IMG/VR virus record: IMGVR_UViG_3300017987_000005
Span: 1 to 41,156 of that record
DNA length: 41,156 nt
DNA from: a virus
Strand: one strand, 5' to 3'
Under the pieces are notes generated by a model. It ran no database searches and was not told the origin of the DNA. It saw only the letters and a program-made list of their open reading frames with translations. The translations under genes and the position numbers were made by a program. Below, in pieces: positions 35,354 through 41,156 of the stretch. Every line of letters begins with the position of its first letter. Within the stretch, counting starts at the first letter, position 1.

Positions 35354-36649
35354 TTAAGAAAAAATCCCTCCCTCATCGTCAAAATCGTCATCTCCGCCGA
35401 CAGGAGCAGTCTCCTCTTCATCGTCTCCCGCTGGTGAGCCCCCTTCATACGAGATGAATGTGAAATCTGTCGGAATATCCCACTTGACTTTTATTCCGCG
35501 AGCTTTCTTTGATATCTCACGCCCTTTGATGATGTCAAACAGCATCTCATTACGGAGCAGGTCATAGTCATCCTGCTTGAGTGCGATACATACGTCCGCA
35601 GCTTGGGCAATCGCGTATGAATATCCAATATCCTCGACCCCACCCTTCTCGGACGCTTTTTTCGCTCCCTTCTTAATCTCCTTCCGGAACTGACTGGTGG
35701 CGATGATTGGAAGCTTCGTTCGATTTGCAATCAACTGCAATTGACGAACAACATCGGCGACTTTCTCCCAGGTCCCTCCTCGAATATAGCTCTGAAGCAG
35801 ATATAATCCATCGAGCAAAATCAGTTTTGGGTTAAGTCGATGAGCCATGAATTCAATGTCAGCGGGCTTGCTGACATGCGACGCATCAACAATCCACCCC
35901 TTCTGGTCGCGCATGCTGAGTTCGTCCATTTTCTCGCGAAACGTCTTCTCGTTAAATCCGTCAAGCGTTCCCCGACGCAAATCCTCGTAAGGGACTCCGG
36001 TGTAAATGGAGTCGTGTCGAGACGCTACGGTCTTGGCTATCAACTCAACTGAAATGAAGAGAGGTTTATCCCCATTATTACACGAGTGCTCAAACTGTTT
36101 CGTCAACCACCACGACTTCCCGATTTCAGTCGGACCGACAACAATTATGACGTTCCCGTCACACCATCCCGACGTAATCTCGTCCAGCTCTTCCCACGGA
36201 GAACTGAGTCCGATATCCCCTCCGAACTTCGCGCGCTCATCATACTCGACGAGACGATTAGCAGCATCGGAACTGATTTCTATAATCCCCTCATCATCCC
36301 CAGTCTCTTCAATCTCGATTAGAGCTGTCTTGATGCTGGCGATGGCGTCGGTAATCGGCTTCTTGTCTTTGAGCGCTTCTTCAGCTTCCTGGAACGCGGT
36401 CTTGAGGAGATTTTTCTTATGTCGCTCCTCAATCTTCTTGATGTAATAATCAGAAGGCTCGACTTTACTGAGGGGCTTTACTCCGAGGTCGGTGCAAAAT
36501 GTTTCCTCTTCAGGTAACTTCCCGTGAGCAACTACAAATCTTGTCGCGTAATCAAAAGCATCTTTGTCAACAAGTAATTCCGGGTCCAGACTCAGTAAAC
36601 CGTCTATATCTTCTTCGCGAATAAACGCGATGATTAAATCTATGTCCAT
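35354..36649 (-). CDS. dnaB: DnaB-like replicative helicase
   Basis: GPTEIGKS, SVEL, LLDGLY, TSQF, YSYAIAQAAD, KGR; acidic tail. Confidence 0.92.
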   Translation of the reverse strand: MDIDLIIAFIREEDIDGLLSLDPELLVDKDAFDYATRFVVAHGKLPEEETFCTDLGVKPLSKVEPSDYYIKKIEERHKKNLLKTAFQEAEEALKDKKPITDAIASIKTALIEIEETGDDEGIIEISSDAANRLVEYDERAKFGGDIGLSSPWEELDEITSGWCDGNVIIVVGPTEIGKSWWLTKQFEHSCNNGDKPLFISVELIAKTVASRHDSIYTGVPYEDLRRGTLDGFNEKTFREKMDELSMRDQKGWIVDASHVSKPADIEFMAHRLNPKLILLDGLYLLQSYIRGGTWEKVADVVRQLQLIANRTKLPIIATSQFRKEIKKGAKKASEKGGVEDIGYSYAIAQAADVCIALKQDDYDLLRNEMLFDIIKGREISKKARGIKVKWDIPTDFTFISYEGGSPAGDDEEETAPVGGDDDFDDEGGIFS

Positions 36650-36658
36650 TTATATTCC

Positions 36659-36922
36659 TCACTCGAACAAATCTCCTATGAAATCGTCCGGGTTGGTAGT
36701 GGGTTCGGGTTTCTCCCTCTTCTCCTTTTTCGGTGGATTCAAAATATCATCCGCCATCTTAACGCAAGTGGGTTCTTCGTCGAACAATGCTACCGGCCCA
36801 TACAGTCCGTCTACATCAATGCGCTTAAGGTCGGCCCATAAATCCATGACCGATTTAGCAAGCTTAGTCAGCTTCTTTGATGTCGCCAAGAGCTTCCCTC
36901 CAGTTGTATTCGCTGACGTCAA
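36659..36922 (-). CDS. Hypothetical protein
   Basis: Lies between the loader and helicase genes. Confidence 0.5.
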   Translation of the reverse strand: MTSANTTGGKLLATSKKLTKLAKSVMDLWADLKRIDVDGLYGPVALFDEEPTCVKMADDILNPPKKEKREKPEPTTNPDDFIGDLFE

Positions 36923-37511
36923 CGAACATGGCTTTTTCGACGGTCATGCTTATAACTTTCCCGGTCAGGAATTCTTTAATCTCATCTCCCTCGGGGTCTA
37001 AATTAGTCGTGATAATAAGCGAACGGTCATTGTTGTAACGAGTCGAGCAAACCCACTCAAGAAGCTCAACTACAACTTCCTTGTTACGACCGCTGCCGAT
37101 ATCATCAAGCAGCAGAATATTAGCATCGCGAATCACTTGCTCAAGCGAATACTGTCCGAACGGAACATGGTCTGAATTCAGCTTGTAGTCAACAAGCTCG
37201 TTCTGCGTAATCATGAACGCGCTTCCGTCATGAAGCAAAACTTCTTTCAAGATGATAGCTCCCGCTCCAGTCTTACCGGTCCCGAAAGGTCCGTTCATAA
37301 ACAACCACCTGCCGGCGTCTACGTACTTCTTGATATTGTCCGCCCACTCCTGGACAATCTCCCGATACATGCACGTATCCGGAATCTGTTCAATCGAGCA
37401 TCCCCTGAACTTCAGAGGAACGTTCCCGAGGTCGAGAAGACGATTAACAAGAAGTGCATCTTCTTTCGTCTTCCGGTCCCTACCCTTGGTTAACACTCTT
37501 CCTAGCATCAC
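36864..37511 (-). CDS. DnaC/IstB-like AAA+ helicase loader
   Basis: GPFGTGKT, LLLDDIG, RY, ITTNL. Confidence 0.9.
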   Translation of the reverse strand: MMLGRVLTKGRDRKTKEDALLVNRLLDLGNVPLKFRGCSIEQIPDTCMYREIVQEWADNIKKYVDAGRWLFMNGPFGTGKTGAGAIILKEVLLHDGSAFMITQNELVDYKLNSDHVPFGQYSLEQVIRDANILLLDDIGSGRNKEVVVELLEWVCSTRYNNDRSLIITTNLDPEGDEIKEFLTGKVISMTVEKAMFVDVSEYNWREALGDIKEAD

Positions 37512-38601
37512 CTGGTCTCCTTACTAAGCCTTTTGGCATACTGTAATCATAATCCGAACGTCGGTCTATAAAATGTTTTGACTTTGGTTTTCCTGCGTGC
37601 ATCATCGCTTGAAAAGTCCCAAACCACTGCGAGAACACAAGGCTGATAGTCGGGAACTGCTGAAAGTCATTCTTCTTGGCTATGGCTTTCCAGTTATCGA
37701 ATACAAAATCAATCACGTCCCTAATCTCTTCGATATCGCTGGTACGTTCAAGCATGTTCTTTATCAGCTTCCGTTCCTTCGCAAAATTTATGTTGAGCTT
37801 CTTTCCGGAAAGCTCGTGGTAACGATGTTTGAAGTAGGTCTCGAAATCAACCGTCTCCCAACTGTGGACGTCTTTCGGTCTTTCTCTTTTTGGCTTCGGC
37901 TCCTTCATGGCTTCGGTCAAGCTTCTTTTTTCATCTTCCATGTATCCGTACTTGCTTGAATGTTTCAGCGTACTACCTGTGCTCAAACGAGCTAATTTTT
38001 GGTCTTTCTCTGATAAAGAAGAATTATACGCTTTATCACTTGAGCCGTGAGGCTCAAGTTTTTCTTTTTTCTCTTCTTCTCTTTCTTCTTTTCTTTGTAT
38101 TACTTTCTTTTCTTCTTTCTCTTCTTCTCTTTTTTCTTTTTGCTGATTGGTGACATTTTTGTCACGTGTGGTATTTTCGTCACATATCGCCATCGCAGAA
38201 ATCACGTTAAAATCAGACACCTGAACGTCCAGCAATGTGTTCAGCAGATTCTCAGCCTGTCCAGAAAACTTTAGCGATGAGGTCGAATGGTCGTGGATAA
38301 TATATTTATTCCGACGACTGTTCAGTCCGGCAGGTATCTCGAGAAGATTTTTCTCGCACAGCTCTTCGATAGCTCGCATGATTGTCCGGCGATTTTTCTG
38401 AACAGCATCAGAAAGAACTTGCTGCGTCGGGAACTCTAGCGGCTCCTGGTAAACGTAGCTCATCATCGTCGCAAAAACAATCTTGGACGTGCTCGAAATG
38501 TTACTGGCATAGATAGTCGCCCACAACGTCTCAATCCACTTTGAATCGTGATGGAAAGTGAACTTTTTTGAGTACGGGTCGTATGAGACAATAGTTCCCA
38601 C
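37480..38601 (-). CDS. Putative replication initiator (wHTH)
   Basis: FPTQQVLSDAVQKNRRTIMRAIEELCEKNLLE wHTH; K/E-rich linker; upstream of the loader; start reassigned to GTG after SD GGAG. Confidence 0.75.
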   Translation of the reverse strand: MGTIVSYDPYSKKFTFHHDSKWIETLWATIYASNISSTSKIVFATMMSYVYQEPLEFPTQQVLSDAVQKNRRTIMRAIEELCEKNLLEIPAGLNSRRNKYIIHDHSTSSLKFSGQAENLLNTLLDVQVSDFNVISAMAICDENTTRDKNVTNQQKEKREEEKEEKKVIQRKEEREEEKKEKLEPHGSSDKAYNSSLSEKDQKLARLSTGSTLKHSSKYGYMEDEKRSLTEAMKEPKPKRERPKDVHSWETVDFETYFKHRYHELSGKKLNINFAKERKLIKNMLERTSDIEEIRDVIDFVFDNWKAIAKKNDFQQFPTISLVFSQWFGTFQAMMHAGKPKSKHFIDRRSDYDYSMPKGLVRRPGDARKSVNQG

Positions 38602-38692
38602 GCATTTTCTCCAAAAGGGGTTATGAGGACATTCTATCACCATGTCCCCGACTGTCAAGCAAAAAATATAAAAAATGTGACAAAAATGTCAC
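38150..38692. repeat. Palindrome GTGACAAAAATGTCAC, two exact copies (38150-38165 inverted, 38677-38692)
   Basis: One copy inside the initiator gene next to a purine/pyrimidine-skewed AT-rich tract, one upstream of its promoter; half site at 38710. Confidence 0.7.
38631..38658 (-). promoter_or_regulatory. sigma70-type promoter of the initiator operon
   Basis: TTGACA-N16-TAGAAT, extended -10 TG, upstream T-tract. Confidence 0.75.
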
Positions 38693-38702
38693 GCATCGTG
38701 GA

Positions 38703-39230
38703 TTAATTGGTGACAAAAACGCGCAATCGGTCCCAATTTTTGATGAAAACAGCAAAATAATCGCAAAAAAACTCATTATCAGCTCTGGTAAATTCTCGGT
38801 AATCTTCTGAAAAATTCTCGTCATACAGGTCGCTCGCTTTGTAACTGATTGGAAAACTGAACCCGAACCATGACTTGATTTTGCGTATCAGCGGATTCCA
38901 GTAATAGAATTTTTCCAGGAATGAGAACCATCGTTTCTTCCGCATCTTTGTCATCACATTTGCTAGCGTTCCGTACTCGTTATAGTACATCTCGTTGAAT
39001 AACACGTGACCGAGTTCGTGCAGCAAACTCAGTCGCGTCAACACTGACAGTTTAGCAAGTTTTTCCGGGACAAAAACTGTGTAGTGAGTCGATTCTCCGC
39101 GACGAATCCACTGCACGTAAAATCCTTTTCCATTATGCAGTTTTATTTCGATGCGCTCGCGTATATTTTTGCACTCGATTGCACTGCTGACAAACTCTTC
39201 AATCATCTTCAACAAGTTCTGCTTCTCCAC
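38703..39230 (-). CDS. Putative zincin metallopeptidase (ImmA/IrrE-like)
   Basis: LLHELGH plus NEFFCDYFA. Confidence 0.6.
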   Translation of the reverse strand: MEKQNLLKMIEEFVSSAIECKNIRERIEIKLHNGKGFYVQWIRRGESTHYTVFVPEKLAKLSVLTRLSLLHELGHVLFNEMYYNEYGTLANVMTKMRKKRWFSFLEKFYYWNPLIRKIKSWFGFSFPISYKASDLYDENFSEDYREFTRADNEFFCDYFAVFIKNWDRLRVFVTN

Positions 39231-39426
39231 TCATAACTCCTTTCCAATCCGGTCGTTCTTTAGTCGAATTATCACAGATATAAAGACTCCTACTCGCTGT
39301 ATCATAATAGAACTCTCCGACACTCGGGTTGTCAGGATAATTCGGTACCAATTCAATCTCGTCAACAATCACATTTTTAATTTGAAAACGATTGTTGAAC
39401 CAGATGTATTTTCGGTCTACACTCAT
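39199..39426 (-). CDS. Hypothetical protein with N-proximal WFNN
   Basis: YIWFNNR; GEFYYDT...LYIC...W motif. Confidence 0.6.
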   Translation of the reverse strand: MSVDRKYIWFNNRFQIKNVIVDEIELVPNYPDNPSVGEFYYDTASRSLYICDNSTKERPDWKGVMSGEAELVEDD

Positions 39427-39785
39427 ATCGAAACTGCCCGTCCATTATCAAACCAACTTGAATGAATACTCGACGCGGTTTTCATCCCGGTTACGTGTCT
39501 GTAAACAGTCCCGTCCGGGTCAAAATCAAAGACGAATTCGCACACCGCATGCTGACGATTATCGGTCGTCCAAAGTCGCCACGTATAGTCACGATTTCTT
39601 TTGAAATGATAACGATGTTTTAATGTCGTTTCAACAAGCGTTTCGAATATGTCGAGACGCTTATTTGTACGCGGAATCTCCTCCGATTTTTTGACAGCAC
39701 TACACCAGTTGCGGTCCAAGAATACGCGGAAAGTTCCCGCCTCCCACGCAGCTATAATTTGCTCTTCTTCAGACATCATAACCAC
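39423..39785 (-). CDS. Hypothetical protein, WFxN tag
   Basis: Ends SWFDNGRAVSI. Confidence 0.7.
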   Translation of the reverse strand: MVMMSEEEQIIAAWEAGTFRVFLDRNWCSAVKKSEEIPRTNKRLDIFETLVETTLKHRYHFKRNRDYTWRLWTTDNRQHAVCEFVFDFDPDGTVYRHVTGMKTASSIHSSWFDNGRAVSI

Positions 39786-40336
39786 TTCAAATTCCCATGC
39801 TTTACAAAGTGCTCATATTCAGTATACTCTGCTTCAAAATTGTGCCGTCCTTTTTTGTGCTCTTTGTTGTAATAATGACCGCCGCCGTCTCCAAATCCGG
39901 CAATAAAAATCTCCGCTTTTGGAAATGCTTCCCGAGCAGTCATTACTCCCATAAATCCGGTCGAAGGTATCGTACCAAAACGCTTCTCATACTTCGCCCA
40001 AACTTTCTCCGAATAGAATCTGATATCATCATTCGACACGCCCGCATAGCGAAGTAAAAACTGGACAATATTTCCATCAAGATTGAAGTGAACTCCGTTC
40101 ATCCACAGCTCTTCAATCGCACCTGAATTCGCGTCACATTTTCCGGCTTGTCTATAGAGTAAGTTGTACACAGAGTGATGCGCTACACACCAGTGAGTCG
40201 TCCTGCTTCCAAGGTCTTTTTCAAACCCCTGGATTCTGAAATCATTAAACCGGACAATTTTACTGCACCGGTCTATTTTCTTTCCTAAGTTTGAGCCGAT
40301 TAAACTCGGGGCATTTCCTATAATAACTACTTTCAT
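39776..40336 (-). CDS. GT29 (sialyltransferase-like) glycosyltransferase
   Basis: VVIIGNAPSL..LGKKID..IVRFN..DLGSRTT (L motif); PSTG..IAGF (S); HYY (III); HNFEAE (VS). Confidence 0.8.
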   Translation of the reverse strand: MKVVIIGNAPSLIGSNLGKKIDRCSKIVRFNDFRIQGFEKDLGSRTTHWCVAHHSVYNLLYRQAGKCDANSGAIEELWMNGVHFNLDGNIVQFLLRYAGVSNDDIRFYSEKVWAKYEKRFGTIPSTGFMGVMTAREAFPKAEIFIAGFGDGGGHYYNKEHKKGRHNFEAEYTEYEHFVKHGNLKWL

Positions 40337-40686
40337 GCTTGACGTCTCCTTCCGTTACTGAACCATTGGCGCAAGCGTAAGCGCAGAGCTAGCTCCTGTT
40401 TATTATATTGTCTGACAAGCTCGTGCTCAACCATCGCTTCAAGCGCTCCGGTCTCTCCCTTTTTGTAGCACTCGTCTACGCATTCCGGACACATTGAGAC
40501 TCTCATAAAGATATACTTTTTCCTAATAAAAGTCCAGTGACATGTGCCGCGAGTCCTCACGCAGTCCCCGGCTACGAGTGGTTTCCTGCATATAAAACAC
40601 GTCGTGTCACACCCTTTATTTACAAGTGTGGAGCAGTGCGTAATCGTTCCTAAATCTTCGACTTGCATATACCATTCTCGAACCAA
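40333..40686 (-). CDS. Zn-finger protein, WFxN tag
   Basis: CFICRKPLVAGD...CPEC; ends QWFSNGRRRQA. Confidence 0.7.
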   Translation of the reverse strand: MVREWYMQVEDLGTITHCSTLVNKGCDTTCFICRKPLVAGDCVRTRGTCHWTFIRKKYIFMRVSMCPECVDECYKKGETGALEAMVEHELVRQYNKQELALRLRLRQWFSNGRRRQA

Positions 40687-41087
40687 GGAATCACTTCTAA
40701 ACTCATCAACGTATCACTCCACTTCGGCACATGTTTCCAGCTATCGTGCTTAAAAAACGTATAACGCACTTCCGGGTCATCGGTACCCACTTCGTAAAAA
40801 ACGCATAATCCGATATCCAGCTCCCAGTCGTGAAAAGTAAGCATCCCCATTTTTCCGTCGCGACGAAGACTGGTTCCCGTAAGTGCGAATCGCTGCCTGT
40901 ACTCCATCAGTTCTTTGTGAATAAATGATTCGACATGGAGAGCTACTCCATGAGAAACATAAAACGGACTTTCATACAGAGAATGATTAAAACTCGCCAC
41001 GTACACGGCATGCTTAAGCGGGTCTGCTATCTTATACAGGAATTCCCGTATTTCTTTCAAATCCTCTTCAGCAATCTCGATAGTCAC
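40650..41087 (-). CDS. Hypothetical protein, WFxN tag
   Basis: Ends PWFENGICKSKI. Confidence 0.7.
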   Translation of the reverse strand: MTIEIAEEDLKEIREFLYKIADPLKHAVYVASFNHSLYESPFYVSHGVALHVESFIHKELMEYRQRFALTGTSLRRDGKMGMLTFHDWELDIGLCVFYEVGTDDPEVRYTFFKHDSWKHVPKWSDTLMSLEVIPWFENGICKSKI

Positions 41088-41155
41088 TGTCGCGTCCTCT
41101 GATTATTAAACCACGCCGGCTTATAATCCGGCACTATCTTTCCCTCATTAAATCG
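41084..41155 (-). CDS. Partial ORF (C-terminus), WFxN tag
   Basis: ...RFNEGKIVPDYKPAWFNNQRTRQ*. Confidence 0.6.
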   Translation of the reverse strand, partial: RFNEGKIVPDYKPAWFNNQRTRQ

Positions 41156-41156
41156 T

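Noticed and set aside
38055-38141. Microsatellite or assembly artefact
   Set aside because: The frame stays open and encodes a K/E-rich linker typical of phage initiators
38677-38692. CRP site
   Set aside because: Half-site spacing does not match TGTGA-N6-TCACA
293-40753. Plus-strand ORFs (e.g. 1940-2572, 2678-3556, 33894-34517)
   Set aside because: Antisense shadows of well-supported minus-strand genes, with no motifs or promoters seen

Overview
This window is a segment of a large dsDNA bacteriophage genome. Essentially all genes lie on the minus strand, in tightly overlapping operons driven by seven sigma70-type promoters with identical geometry. Positions 1-5.4 kb form an RNA operon: 17 complete tRNAs plus one partial, a tRNA-Cys split by an HNH cassette that carries a replacement tRNA-Cys, a Ro60/Rsr (TROVE) gene followed by six Y-RNA-like ncRNAs with different tRNA-derived domains, several other structured RNAs, and repeated boxA-like signals. 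The rest encodes RNA repair and ribosome rescue proteins (RtcB, MBL hydrolase, GGQ peptidyl-tRNA hydrolase, phosphoesterases), a replication set (SF2 helicase, Pol A, SSB, primase, UDG, DnaB, DnaC-like loader, wHTH initiator), CoaD, a radical SAM enzyme, a GT29-like enzyme, a probable histone-fold protein and many small hypotheticals. Two unexplained signals stand out. First, 17 mostly unrelated small ORFs end in the same C-terminal peptide tag W-F-[N/D/E/S]-N-(G), with one further variant and two internal copies. Second, the six Y-RNA-like genes form a modular array. All calls were made by eye; no searches were run.
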